From Spirochaetota bacterium (GTDB lineage: Bacteria > Spirochaetota > UBA4802 > UBA5550): a DNA stretch of 64,000 bases. The DNA lies in the NCBI GenBank assembly GCA_963663865.1, contig OY760686.1, forward strand, positions 2,080,001-2,144,000. Direction: 5' to 3'. Below the pieces are notes generated by a model that was not told the DNA's origin, ran no database searches, and was given only the letters and a program-made list of their open reading frames with translations. This document shows, in pieces, positions 1 to 10,194 of the stretch; positions within the stretch are counted from its first letter, which is position 1; each line of letters opens with the position of its first letter. Position numbers and translations under genes: made by a program.

Positions 1-1
1 G

Positions 2-322
2 CCATGTCTTCCCAGGTTCGTTACATTCAAAAACAAGGGGGCCGCTCTGAATATGCGACGGGTCATTAATGCATCTTTCAACACCGGTAATTCTCCCAAG
101 CTCAGGTATACTGATATCAAACCAGAATTCGGCCGGCGAAGAATCACGAAAGGCAAGACGGGCAATGAGAAAAACTCCGTTTGAGGAAAATCCGGAAAAG
201 AAAAATGAATCGCAAAACCCGCTCAAGCCGTTAATCTGCTGCCGGGATTCTATAGTTGAATCATCCAAACGCGGTAAAGGCGGTTTTTTTAATTTTATGT
301 ATGCACTTAAAGTTTTAAGCAT
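2..322 (-). CDS. Hypothetical protein, 5' part only (runs off left edge); possibly AttH/CrtC-like beta fold
   Basis: Manual translation from ATG at 322 gives an open frame to the edge: MLKTLSAYIK...FCDSFFFSG...FLIARLAFR...EFWFDISIPELG...GPLVFECNEPGKTW; purine-rich GGGAAAAAG upstream. Not in the ORF track. The fold guess is weak. Confidence 0.65.
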   Translation of the reverse strand, partial: MLKTLSAYIKLKKPPLPRLDDSTIESRQQINGLSGFCDSFFFSGFSSNGVFLIARLAFRDSSPAEFWFDISIPELGRITGVERCINDPSHIQSGPLVFECNEPGKTW

Positions 323-592
323 AATCTTTTTCCCATTTCCGACTGAGACTGGTCTTTTTTTAAACGCACGAATAGAATAATGTCAATAGTTTTTAAAAAA
401 TACTCATTTTTTTATGTTGACAACATTTTCATGTCCCTCCTGCACACCATTTCACCTCAAAATCAACTAAAACATCACTTAAAATCAAACGAAGTCCTAT
501 CGTACTCGCGACTTTGGGTCATAAAATTTCCTTGCAAATAGAACAGTTAAATAAATTAATATCCATTAACTTATTTCATACGGGGAAAGAAA

Positions 593-2350
593 ATGTACGG
601 AAATTTTAAAATCATAGAAAACAAAATAATTCTAACATCAAAGGGACGTCTGTGCGAAACCCCCGAAGAGCTTATCAACAGTGAACTCTTCAGGGAAATT
701 TTATCGCGGTTCACAGCTCATCTCGAAAAGAAAAAGTCAATCCTGTTGAAGATGAAGAAAAATGGACATTTCTCAGACGAAGATATTTCAGTCCTTATCA
801 AGGTGCTTTTACAGCTCACTAAAAATGAAATCAGTGTTGTTCCGGGGATAGTACCAGATTCAGATGAATATCTCAACAATCCGCAAATGCTGAATGATTT
901 CGTAGAACAGCTATATAATTTCTGGCGAGACTATGAAAGATATGTAATATGCGATTCTGAAGGAGACTCCCTGCACAAAAGGCCCTACAGAACCTTCAAT
1001 GAAACCATCGACAGGCTGACCAATGTCGTAAGAAAAACCTACAGGGAAGTTCAGGAAAACATATCCGGAACTCATCCAAGAATATACAGGCAAGTCGAGG
1101 CAGGAGCCAAGTTCGGAGCTATATCTGTTCCAAAAAACATCCCTTATCCCTCCGGTTCGTACGAGAAACTCAGGGACATGCCGATTATCAGGCATATCCT
1201 TATGAATCCTCCGCTGATTCTTGACCCGCCAATGAATAAAAGAACCGGTAAGTTTGTTAAGATAAATACCAACCCGCTTGACGTAGTGGAGTTGGATCCT
1301 TCTGACTGGCTGTGCTATCCCGTGAAAGCAGGTGATCTCATTATACATGTTTATTTCCACTACAAGTTTGCCGAGCTTGGTTTCTCGCTCTGCAACCTTT
1401 TTGAAATAGCGGATGAAGAAGACATGAAAAAGAAACCTGACGGTCTTTACCTGTATGGTGTTCCCGGAGGTGCCATTGACAGTCTTTCTGAACTTCCAAC
1501 AGTATTCTATGAAGATGAAGAAAACGGAATTTTCGTCGGTGCGTGCCCTAATGATGCAAAATTCGGCTACTTCGGCTATCTCAAAAAAATGATACTTACT
1601 CTTCATAATTCCAAAAAGATGAAAACAGGCAAGATGCCCTTCCATGGTGCGCTCGTCAGACTTTATCTCGACAACGAAAAAGAGGCGACAATACTCTTTA
1701 TAGGCGACAGCGGCGCAGGAAAATCAGAAACCCTTGAAGCTCTCAGGGCGCTTGAAACCTCAAAAATCCGGGACATCAAGATTATTGCCGATGATATGGG
1801 TTCGCTTGAAATTGCCGGGAACGGCGAGATAATAGGCTACGGCACTGAAACCGGAGCATTCCTCAGGATAGACGACCTCAAAGACGGTTACGCATTCGGG
1901 CAGATTGACAGATCAATTATAATGAACGCGAGCATGGTAAACGCGAGAATCATAATGCCTGTCACTTCATTTGAAAATGTGATAATGGGACACAAGATTG
2001 ATTTTGTTCTTTACGCCAACAACTACGAAGAAATTGACGAGGATCACCCTGTAATTGAAAAATTCGACAGCGCCGAAAAGGCCAGGAGTGTTTTCAGAGA
2101 GGGCACTGTCATGAGCAAAGGCACAACCACCTCAACTGGAATTGTGCACTCATACTATGCAAACGTTTTTGGTCCGCCTCAGTACAAGGAACTGCACGAC
2201 ACCATCGCAGAAAGATATTTCGATGCCATGTTCAAAAAAGGTATCTTCGTCGGACAGATGAGAACAAGACTCGGAATACCAGGTTGGGAAATGAACGGCC
2301 CCGGAGAATCAGCAAAAGCTCTGATTGAGCTCGTCTGCGGAGACAAGTAG
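593..2350 (+). CDS. Divergent ATP-dependent PEP carboxykinase-like protein (PEPCK/HPrK P-loop superfamily)
   Basis: YFGYLKK (cf. PEPCK YxGExKK), PFHG, Walker A GDSGAGKS, kinase-2 IADD, GTETGAF. Confidence 0.7.
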   Translation: MYGNFKIIENKIILTSKGRLCETPEELINSELFREILSRFTAHLEKKKSILLKMKKNGHFSDEDISVLIKVLLQLTKNEISVVPGIVPDSDEYLNNPQMLNDFVEQLYNFWRDYERYVICDSEGDSLHKRPYRTFNETIDRLTNVVRKTYREVQENISGTHPRIYRQVEAGAKFGAISVPKNIPYPSGSYEKLRDMPIIRHILMNPPLILDPPMNKRTGKFVKINTNPLDVVELDPSDWLCYPVKAGDLIIHVYFHYKFAELGFSLCNLFEIADEEDMKKKPDGLYLYGVPGGAIDSLSELPTVFYEDEENGIFVGACPNDAKFGYFGYLKKMILTLHNSKKMKTGKMPFHGALVRLYLDNEKEATILFIGDSGAGKSETLEALRALETSKIRDIKIIADDMGSLEIAGNGEIIGYGTETGAFLRIDDLKDGYAFGQIDRSIIMNASMVNARIIMPVTSFENVIMGHKIDFVLYANNYEEIDEDHPVIEKFDSAEKARSVFREGTVMSKGTTTSTGIVHSYYANVFGPPQYKELHDTIAERYFDAMFKKGIFVGQMRTRLGIPGWEMNGPGESAKALIELVCGDK

Positions 2351-2986
2351 TTGCCCGAATCAGATCCAATAGAACTTCCGGAACCCCTTCCAGGACGCAT
2401 CAGCAAGGAGTACATCCTTTCAATGCCGATTCTGGAATACGGGGGGCCGATAAAACTTGTCGACAGCGTCGATTCTTTGCAAGAATGCGTTTTGTCGCTC
2501 TCGAAGGCTGACATTCTCGGATTTGATACTGAATCAAGACCCTCATTCAGAAAGGGCGAAAGCCACCCTGTATCCCTTATCCAGCTTGCCGACAGTGAAT
2601 CTGTATATATTATTCAGATCTCAAAAACGGGATTCCGCAGAGAGTTGATCAGGCTTTTTGAGAACCCGCAGATTATCAAAGTTGGTCTTGCTGCTGCTGA
2701 TGACATTGCAAAGCTTAAAGAGCTTCGCAATTTCTGCCCCGAGGGCTTTGTAGATCTATCGGACATCGCCCGCTCCAAAGGCATTGTACAGACAGGTCTC
2801 AGGGCTCTTTCAGTAAGATACCTTAAGCATCGTATTTCCAAAACAACACGCACTACCAACTGGGCAAATCCCGATTTAACAAAAAGACAGCTTATTTACG
2901 CCGCAACAGACGCCTGGATTTGCCTGCAGCTCTATCCCCATGTCAAAAATGATATAAATGATTATCATGAAGAGAGTGGCGAATAG
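2351..2986 (+). CDS. 3'-5' exonuclease (DEDDy, WRN/RNase D-like)
   Basis: GFDTE (ExoI), AADD, NW...L...QLIYAATDA (ExoIII); TTG start directly after the upstream stop. Confidence 0.9.
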   Translation: MPESDPIELPEPLPGRISKEYILSMPILEYGGPIKLVDSVDSLQECVLSLSKADILGFDTESRPSFRKGESHPVSLIQLADSESVYIIQISKTGFRRELIRLFENPQIIKVGLAAADDIAKLKELRNFCPEGFVDLSDIARSKGIVQTGLRALSVRYLKHRISKTTRTTNWANPDLTKRQLIYAATDAWICLQLYPHVKNDINDYHEESGE

Positions 2987-3943
2987 CTAAAGGACTATCT
3001 CCATCCCCTCATAGGCGATATCAACCTGCAACGAGCCGTTTTTTGAAGCATTCATCTTCTGATATATTCTGGAATTTGCCAATACGATATCCAACTTCTC
3101 ATCGCTGTAATCCGGATCATGGTGAAAGAGTATCAGCCGTTTAACATTGAATCTGCCGGCAATATCAATCGCGATTGTTGCCGATGAATGGCCCCAGTCA
3201 GTTTTGTTTATTGACTCTTCGAAGGTGTACTGAGCATCAAACAGGACAACATCGGCATCGCTGAAAAGCGGAGAATAATCCATAACGTGCTCGGCCTCAT
3301 CAAGGCTGAACTCACAGTCGCTTGTATAGACAAAGACCTTTCCTTCATGCTCAATTCTGAATGCGTATGCACCGCCCGGATGAGGCATTTTTTTGATATA
3401 AACCGTTAGATCATTTAATTCAAAGTATTCCTCGGGGGTGACAGTAAAATAATTCTTTTCAGCAGGCATAAAGTCCAGTGAAATCGGGAAATGACTCGGC
3501 GAGTGTTGATATTGAAGTCTTTCCATAAGATCAGCGAAAGGTGAGTAAAAGTTAAAGCTGTTCCCTTCAATGTAGAATGGCGCGAAAAATGGTATTCCCT
3601 GTAGATGGTCCCAGTGAGTATGAGTCATAAAAATACTGGCTGTTCCCTCGCCCCGGGCAAAACTGCCCTTCATAAGCTCTTTTCCAAGACGGGCGAGTCC
3701 TGAGCCGCAATCAAGGATAACTTCATCCCCGGAATTCGTTACGACCTCAATGCAGGTGGTATTCCCGCCGTATGTGCTCATGACTGAAAAAGGCAGCGTG
3801 TCAATAAAGGAGTCCACCGCTTCCTCAGAGCTAATATCACCGGGTCTTGCCGCCAGCAAAGCCCTCCTCACCTTCTGTTTTACCGCGTCCCCATTAAGAG
3901 GTGTGGGGATAGAGCCCCTTACTCCCCATAGCTTAATCTTCAT
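2987..3943 (-). CDS. MBL-fold metallo-hydrolase
   Basis: WGVRGS, GGNTTC, LDCGSG, THTHWDHLQG, HPGG, WGHS, FHHDP. Confidence 0.9.
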   Translation of the reverse strand: MKIKLWGVRGSIPTPLNGDAVKQKVRRALLAARPGDISSEEAVDSFIDTLPFSVMSTYGGNTTCIEVVTNSGDEVILDCGSGLARLGKELMKGSFARGEGTASIFMTHTHWDHLQGIPFFAPFYIEGNSFNFYSPFADLMERLQYQHSPSHFPISLDFMPAEKNYFTVTPEEYFELNDLTVYIKKMPHPGGAYAFRIEHEGKVFVYTSDCEFSLDEAEHVMDYSPLFSDADVVLFDAQYTFEESINKTDWGHSSATIAIDIAGRFNVKRLILFHHDPDYSDEKLDIVLANSRIYQKMNASKNGSLQVDIAYEGMEIVL

Positions 3944-4126
3944 TATTTTTAATACCCGTTAAGTTACAATATTCGGCGGCTTATTTCGTTAGTCTATTTC
4001 TGAAAGCTCAAGTAGTAAAGTAATTTTTAGAAAGATGCTCTATTCCCTAAAAGAACTTGACACATATATAATCTGTATTTTTCTAACTCAGCACATCAAC
4101 ACAAAAAATATTAACAGGGGAGAAAA

Positions 4127-5341
4127 ATGAAATTCTCAAACAGGATCCTGGATGTAAAGCCTTCGCCTACTCTCGCCGTCACAGCAATGGCAAAAGCAAT
4201 GAAAGCTCAGGGAATTGATATTCTCGATTTCGGCTCTGGTGAGCCTGATTTTGACACTCCGGAATTCATCAAAAAAGCAGCCATTGAAGCTATAAACTCA
4301 GGTAAGACAAAGTACACTCCAGCCGGCGGCATTCCTGACCTGAAAAGAGCTGTAATAGAAAAACTCAAGAGAGACAACAATCTTGACTTTTCGATTGATG
4401 AGATTACAATAAATTGCGGAGGAAAGCATTCATTTTTCAATTTAATGCAGGTACTTCTGCAGCCCGGCGATGAAATACTGATTCCCTCCCCCTACTGGGT
4501 TTCGTACCCGTCAATGGTATCGCTTGCCGACGGAGTACCCGTTGTAATTGACACAAAAGAAGAAACCGGCTTTAAGATTACTCCGAATCAGTTAAAATCC
4601 GCCATTAACCACAGAACCAGGGGAATAGTGATAAACTCGCCGTCAAACCCTACCGGTTCTGCCTACACAAAAGAAGAGCTCCTTCAGCTCGCGGAAGTAC
4701 TGAAAGGCACCGATATCCTCATTCTTTCCGATGACATATACGAGTCAATCGTATATGACGGATTTAAATTTCACAATATTGCGTCTCTTGTCCCTGAGCT
4801 TCAACCTCAAACAATTGTCCTTAATGCTGTGTCAAAGACATATTCAATGACAGGCTGGAGAATTGGATATATCGCCGGACCAAAAGAGATTATTAAACAC
4901 GTCGAAACCCTCCAGAGCCAGTCAACCTCGAATCCAACGTCGATATCACAATGGGCGGCAATTGCGGCAATCTCTGGCGACCAGAGCGTTATCGAAACGA
5001 TGCTGGAAGCCTTTACCAGGCGGAGAAAGATTATCGTTGACGGGCTTAACTCCATTCCAGGATTCTCATGCCGGATGCCGGAAGGAGCATTTTACGCATT
5101 TCCAGGCTTCTCAGATTTACTTAACAATCCCGGCTGGAAGGAAATAGAAGGCCAGTATGAAGGCAGCGACAACTCTTCAAAAGTCTGCTCCTTTCTCCTT
5201 AAGGAAGCAAGGATTGCCGCGGTACCCGGAATAGCTTTCGGTATAGATAATTACATGAGGCTTTCCTTCGCGACATCAGACAGCAACATTACAGAAGGAA
5301 TTTCAAGAATAATGGAAGCAGTTAAAAAGATTTATAAATAG
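4127..5341 (+). CDS. aspC: Aspartate aminotransferase (PLP, class I)
   Basis: GEPDF, PYWVSY, NSPSNPTG, SDDIY, SKTYSMTGWRIG. Confidence 0.9.
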   Translation: MKFSNRILDVKPSPTLAVTAMAKAMKAQGIDILDFGSGEPDFDTPEFIKKAAIEAINSGKTKYTPAGGIPDLKRAVIEKLKRDNNLDFSIDEITINCGGKHSFFNLMQVLLQPGDEILIPSPYWVSYPSMVSLADGVPVVIDTKEETGFKITPNQLKSAINHRTRGIVINSPSNPTGSAYTKEELLQLAEVLKGTDILILSDDIYESIVYDGFKFHNIASLVPELQPQTIVLNAVSKTYSMTGWRIGYIAGPKEIIKHVETLQSQSTSNPTSISQWAAIAAISGDQSVIETMLEAFTRRRKIIVDGLNSIPGFSCRMPEGAFYAFPGFSDLLNNPGWKEIEGQYEGSDNSSKVCSFLLKEARIAAVPGIAFGIDNYMRLSFATSDSNITEGISRIMEAVKKIYK

Positions 5342-5366
5342 TTTCACATTCTGAACAATGACACAT

Positions 5367-5393
5367 AAAAAGCCGGATTTTTTCCGGCTTTTT
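5367..5393. terminator. Bidirectional intrinsic terminator
   Basis: aaaa-agccgga-ttttt-tccggct-tttt between convergent genes. Confidence 0.8.
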
Positions 5394-5997
5394 ATCCAGC
5401 GATCCAGGTGAAAACGCCGACTGAAGCAAGTATTACGCAGAAAAAGACTATTATCCCGGTGATAAATCCTGGTGCAAAATAGATAACAGCCGACTTTCCG
5501 CCTCCAGCCTGGTTCATCTCTGATATTGCCAGAACAGCAATCAATACCGACCAGACATACAGACCAAGTGCAAAAAAATAGTAAAAGAATATCGGGGCAA
5601 ATCCTATTGTGTAAAAAACATATACGGCAGGAAGAAGAAATATTTTAGGAAACATCGCATAATTTATGACCGTTATCAGAGTCATAGTATTGCCTTGATA
5701 TCCCATTACTTGAGAGATAAAATCTCTGACAGAAGAGGCAAAGACAGTCACAAAGATCAGTATGATGCAGCTGAGAATCCAGCCATAGGTTATCTTGTAT
5801 GAAAAAAAAGCTGACTGTTCTTCAAGCAGTGAGGATGAAAGAATCTCGCTTAAAGTATAAAATATGGGCACAGCGAAACTGAAAGCGAACTGCCTCTTGC
5901 GGCTTCTTTCAATGTTTCGAAGCATCGCTCTCGGATCTGTAAGCGCAAAGAGAAAAGAATCCGCCCAATCAATTGAAATGTTTCTTATCGACTTCAT
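5392..5997 (-). CDS. Yip1-like multi-pass membrane protein
   Basis: ALTDP N-terminal motif and about 5 hydrophobic helices; directly downstream of sppA. Confidence 0.6.
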   Translation of the reverse strand: MKSIRNISIDWADSFLFALTDPRAMLRNIERSRKRQFAFSFAVPIFYTLSEILSSSLLEEQSAFFSYKITYGWILSCIILIFVTVFASSVRDFISQVMGYQGNTMTLITVINYAMFPKIFLLPAVYVFYTIGFAPIFFYYFFALGLYVWSVLIAVLAISEMNQAGGGKSAVIYFAPGFITGIIVFFCVILASVGVFTWIAG

Positions 5998-5999
5998 AA

Positions 6000-6947
6000 C
6001 TATCTGTATTCCATGTTATAGTTATCGCTTCGACCAAAAAATAGGGAAGGTATTGAAAAGGCCTGGTAGAGATTATCAAGAGTCATCAAAAACTTCTGTA
6101 TCGGCTGCTGCTCCGCATCATAAACAGGCGCGTCATCAGGCAGCTCAGCCATTTTTTTTGCGGTTGATATCGCATCTTCGAATGTTCCAACCGAGTCGAT
6201 CAATCCCGCTTTGAGGGCCGTCTCGCCGTTCATAACACGGCCGTCGGCGTAAGGCTCAATCGCTGACTGAGCCATATTTCTTCCTAAAGCAACATCAGCG
6301 ATAAACTTTTTGTATGAAGAATCTATCATATCCTGAATAAGTTGCCTTTCAGCGGGAGTCATATCGCGGTGAGAAGACAGGATATCCTTATACTTTCCGC
6401 TTTTTATGACATTCATGGTTATACCGAATTTATCAAAAAGCTGTTTAAGGTTAGGTGAATATGCTATGACTCCAATTGAACCAGTAATTGTTCCATGATT
6501 TGCCGTAATGTGGTTGCAGGCAGCCGCGGCATAATAACCGCCTGAGGCCGCGACATCACCCATGGAAGCGATAATAACTATATTGTCCTTGCGAACTTTC
6601 AGTATCTTCTGAAAGATTTCCTGCGTTGCTGCTACAGATCCGCCAGGGGAGTTAATACGCAGTACAATTGCTTTTATTCTGGAATCTGAAGAAAGCTCAT
6701 TTAACCTTTTTATGACAGCCTCAGCGCCGCCCAGAAAACCGAAAGGATTTGTTTTTACGCCGAACTGTATCGGCCCTTCAAGCCTGACAATTCCAACGCC
6801 TTTTCCCATTGAAGGAAATTTCACTGAAATATGTTTTTCTTCAGTCTTATTCACGGTGAGTCCGATGTTTATTATCGCAAGTACCGATGAAAAGAGCATC
6901 AATAAAAGTATCGAAATTAATATTTTTCGGTTTTTTTCCATATACAC
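6000..6947 (-). CDS. sppA: Signal peptide peptidase SppA (36K type, S49)
   Basis: LRINSPGGS, AASGGYY, TGSIGV, SGKYKD, ADGRV, GLID; N-terminal TM. Confidence 0.93.
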   Translation of the reverse strand: MYMEKNRKILISILLLMLFSSVLAIINIGLTVNKTEEKHISVKFPSMGKGVGIVRLEGPIQFGVKTNPFGFLGGAEAVIKRLNELSSDSRIKAIVLRINSPGGSVAATQEIFQKILKVRKDNIVIIASMGDVAASGGYYAAAACNHITANHGTITGSIGVIAYSPNLKQLFDKFGITMNVIKSGKYKDILSSHRDMTPAERQLIQDMIDSSYKKFIADVALGRNMAQSAIEPYADGRVMNGETALKAGLIDSVGTFEDAISTAKKMAELPDDAPVYDAEQQPIQKFLMTLDNLYQAFSIPSLFFGRSDNYNMEYR

Positions 6948-6967
6948 TTACCAGAAGATTTCATATT

Positions 6968-7282
6968 TCAGTACGAATCGGTACCGATGCAAATGCAATG
7001 ATAGACTATATTTCTCGGAGGTTCGCACGAACCATACTCATATTCAAAGCCCTCTCCTGACCACTTTCCTTTTTTTACGAGGGTTTTCAGCTCCCTGTCA
7101 ACACCTTCGCATTTACATGAACTTGCCCTGTATAGCTCCTTCCTCGTGACTATAGTCCGGGCGCTTAACTCAGCCATAGTCATCCCTGATTCACAGACAT
7201 AGACTCCAACTGTCTGATATCCGCTATAAAGAGCATTGGCCGCAATCAGCACAGCCGCGAGAACCAAAACCAATCTTTTCAT
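6968..7282 (-). CDS. Small exported Cys-rich hypothetical protein
   Basis: Signal peptide, 6 Cys (CKC, CIC), GGAGG RBS. Confidence 0.6.
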   Translation of the reverse strand: MKRLVLVLAAVLIAANALYSGYQTVGVYVCESGMTMAELSARTIVTRKELYRASSCKCEGVDRELKTLVKKGKWSGEGFEYEYGSCEPPRNIVYHCICIGTDSY

Positions 7283-7343
7283 TCAGGTACCTCCATGTTT
7301 AGATAATCAAACCGGACCCGTTACAGATAGATTTTAAAAAAAA

Positions 7344-7712
7344 GGGGACCATAAGCCGAATTCTGTCTTTGCGACCATCTATCTTGCGGCAATGTTACCA
7401 TTACCGTCCTTGCAGCCTACCCTCAGCCTCGGACGAGCAGCCCTCAAGCAGCTGACTACTTGGCTTTGCACCGGGCGGGGTTTACACTGCCGCAGCCATT
7501 ACTGGCTGCGCGGTGAGCTCTTACCTCGCCATTTCACCCTTACCCAGCCCGCTCAGGGAATTAACCCTTCTGCGGTCAGGGCGGTATATTTTCTGTTGCA
7601 CTTTCCATCGCCTCACGACGCCCGGGTGTTACCCGGCACCCTGCTCTTCGGTGTTCGGACTTTCCTCACTCTCTTTCCATAAAGAAAAGATTTGCGCGGC
7701 CGCTCGGTCCCC
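7344..7712 (-). ncRNA. rnpB: RNase P RNA
   Basis: Minus strand has GAGGAAAGTCC near the 5' end and ACAGAATTCGGCTTA near the 3' end; terminal P1 helix GGGGACC/GGTCCCC. Confidence 0.95.
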
Positions 7713-7801
7713 TTTTTTATTTGCGTTATAAGCTCTGATGCTATAACCCTTAAATCAAGTTAAATGCAAACTATGAATTAGTCAACCTATAAAAGAAGCA
7801 G

Positions 7802-8281
7802 CTACATAGTTGTTTTTACCGGCCATTTTGTAGCCCTTCCATCAGGATAAATAATTATTACGGCTTTCTTCTGGTTTTTCGCATATCTTATCGCCATCCA
7901 TGTCTCAGAGTTTTTCTGCTCTCTTTCCTCCCGGGGGACTGCTATAAGAACCCTGGCAGATTCAATCATTCTTCTGTTTTTCTCGAAAACGCTGGGATAG
8001 CTCTTCTCAGCATATCGAAACCTCTTGATTGAAAGGTCATATACTTCACTCACTTTAACACTGACACCCTTTTCCTCATCAGAGTAGTACACTGTAAGCC
8101 CCTGCGCTAAACTGTTCTCAAGTATAGTCGGGAGAACAGTCCTGTCAGAGGCGGAAGAAGCCCCTATATGCAGCGATATGTTTTCGTAAACATGAATGTA
8201 CTTCTTCAATACAGTAAGCAGTTTATCATTCTGCTGACGGGTTATCAAAGTATTATTCCCTATAAAAGCCAGATCTACCAT
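7802..8281 (-). CDS. Small SLOG-superfamily (DprA/YspA-like) protein
   Basis: KNRRMIESARVLIAVP...SETWMAIRYAKNQKKAVIIIYPDG resembles the SLOG RN...SGT..T.RYA...KP C-terminus. Confidence 0.55.
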   Translation of the reverse strand: MVDLAFIGNNTLITRQQNDKLLTVLKKYIHVYENISLHIGASSASDRTVLPTILENSLAQGLTVYYSDEEKGVSVKVSEVYDLSIKRFRYAEKSYPSVFEKNRRMIESARVLIAVPREEREQKNSETWMAIRYAKNQKKAVIIIYPDGRATKWPVKTTM

Positions 8282-8347
8282 ACAGTCCTGTCATTCTCCT
8301 TAACTCCTGCCGCTATTTATTAAACAGGATAATATTGTTTGTCTTTA

Positions 8348-8734
8348 TCATTGGAGCTTGTTTTGATGTTTCTCAAGATAATCTGAAGCCTCATCTCTCG
8401 TCTGGAAAACAGGTATCGAATCTGAAAAATATGAATTGATTTTCCTCGCTACCTGATTTTTAGCTACAAGAACCAGTTCTCCCGTTAACCCTGCTTTTCG
8501 CATTCTGCCAGCAAGCACCATCAACCCGCCTGCAGCAGAGACATCAGCATCTTCAAGCATCTCAGCCAGAAGCACAATATGCACAATTCCTTCCCGTCCC
8601 AGACCTGCATTGTAACTGAGCAGATCCATCACATTGGTCATATTTACTGACCTTACCTGAAGTTTTATGTAGAGAGTATTATTGTCCACTTCATGTGTAA
8701 CCAACGGGAAATCTGCCATTAGCTTGACCGCCAA
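8348..8734 (-). CDS. STAS-like (anti-anti-sigma) domain protein
   Basis: 128 aa; DADVSAAGGL resembles the STAS DSSG loop; ends IPVFQTRDEA. Confidence 0.5.
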   Translation of the reverse strand: MAVKLMADFPLVTHEVDNNTLYIKLQVRSVNMTNVMDLLSYNAGLGREGIVHIVLLAEMLEDADVSAAGGLMVLAGRMRKAGLTGELVLVAKNQVARKINSYFSDSIPVFQTRDEASDYLEKHQNKLQ

Positions 8735-8833
8735 TTATATTCCTTTACAATAACTCAAAATAATATAATCAGAATGTCTTTGTCAAGTGTGAGTATAGAT
8801 TATCTTCATATTTTTGTGATATTCTTTAAATAC

Positions 8834-10138
8834 CTAATACTGGCTTATCATTGAGTCAATTCCCTTCAGCAGCCAGTATGTATCCATCACTCCGGTTGTC
8901 TCCCTTATTGAATGCATTGAAAGTGACGGTATTCCTATGTCTATTCCCCTAATTCCGAGCGCAGAAGATATTATCGGCCCGACAGTACTGCCGCATGGAA
9001 TATCATTTCTTGCAGAAAAATACTGAACTGGCACGCCTGCCCTGGAACAGGCGCTCTGAAACATTAAACGGGTCACGTCGGAGGATATGTACTTGATCCT
9101 TGAATTATATTTGATTACAGGCCCCCCGTTTAACACAGGAGAATGCCCTGTATCATGAACATCGGGAAAGGCCGGGTGAACTGCATGAGCACTGTCAATT
9201 GAGATAAGCAGGGCATCGCGAATCGAAGAAGCATAGTTTTCATAATCATCAAAGATTCTTCTAATTATTGAATACGGGAAATCGCCATCTGCTCCTTTCA
9301 GACTGACACTGCCGACCTCCTCATGGTCTGTAAAAAGCGACATAACCGGCAATGCCGGATCAGCCCCTGCAAGAGACATGGCGGCGACGTAGCAGCCCGC
9401 AAGATTGTCAATACGAGGCCCATTAATCAGAGAGCTGTTTATCCCCGTAATCAGAGCAGGTTCCGTGTCATATAAATAAAGGTCGTTTGAAAGACCTGTA
9501 CAGGCATCCGGGCTGATATCAAAAGGAGACATGAGAAAGTTATACAGCTCGCGTTCGCCCCATTCTGGAGAGGAAACGGCATCGAATACGAGCGGGTTAA
9601 TATCCTTCTGAAGATTTATTTCTTTTTTTGCTACCGAATCGCGTTCAAGGTGAACAGCAAGGCCGGGTATCACAGCTACAGGACTCTCTGAGTCAACGAG
9701 TATGCTGCCGATAGTATAATCAGCATCAGAATAAGTTATTCGGCCGGCAATACCCAGACTCCTGTCAATCCAGGTTGAAAGAACAGGCGATCCGTACACC
9801 TCGACCGACAGCATACCATATTTCATTTTTTCCACAACAAAACACGGCCGAAGTTTAAGCGAAGGGCTGTCTGTGTGAGCAGCAATTATCTTTAATCCCT
9901 TACCGTTATAATTTTCAGGAAGATTGAATGCCGCAATCGCCGACCCGTCTCTGACGCAGTAATACCTTCCAGAGAGAGGCTTATCCCATTCAGCGGTTTC
10001 GTCAAGTTTCTGAAATCCCGCACGGATCAGTATATCCTCAATGTTTGCCGCAGCATGATATGGCGTTGGAGAGGAATTCAAAAAGTTTATAAGTCCTCTG
10101 TTGAAGTCTTTGAGTGAAACATCTTCGGAATCAATCAT
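8834..10138 (-). CDS. apeB: M18 aspartyl aminopeptidase
   Basis: SPTPYHA, AHTDSP, RIDNL, DHEEVGS, DSAHAVHP, CGSTVGP, LSMHSIRE. Confidence 0.92.
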   Translation of the reverse strand: MIDSEDVSLKDFNRGLINFLNSSPTPYHAAANIEDILIRAGFQKLDETAEWDKPLSGRYYCVRDGSAIAAFNLPENYNGKGLKIIAAHTDSPSLKLRPCFVVEKMKYGMLSVEVYGSPVLSTWIDRSLGIAGRITYSDADYTIGSILVDSESPVAVIPGLAVHLERDSVAKKEINLQKDINPLVFDAVSSPEWGERELYNFLMSPFDISPDACTGLSNDLYLYDTEPALITGINSSLINGPRIDNLAGCYVAAMSLAGADPALPVMSLFTDHEEVGSVSLKGADGDFPYSIIRRIFDDYENYASSIRDALLISIDSAHAVHPAFPDVHDTGHSPVLNGGPVIKYNSRIKYISSDVTRLMFQSACSRAGVPVQYFSARNDIPCGSTVGPIISSALGIRGIDIGIPSLSMHSIRETTGVMDTYWLLKGIDSMISQY

Positions 10139-10194
10139 ATTACCCCTTTATGGCTGTATCAGGCCAGTCTAAAGCTTTTTCTTCAGCGATATAC

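Noticed and set aside
69-380. 103-aa + strand ORF
   Set aside because: Shadow of a more protein-like minus-strand frame (322 to the left edge).
911-1645. 244-aa antisense ORF, and the many similar short antisense or off-frame ORFs in the track
   Set aside because: Nested within well-supported genes; typical shadow frames.
4057-4085. TTGACA boxes upstream of aspC (also rpsT, cfpA, tRNA-Asn, EIIA)
   Set aside because: Probably real -35 elements, but no clean -10 at 16-18 nt spacing, so not called as promoters.
7392-7731. Two small + strand ORFs
   Set aside because: Antisense to RNase P RNA.
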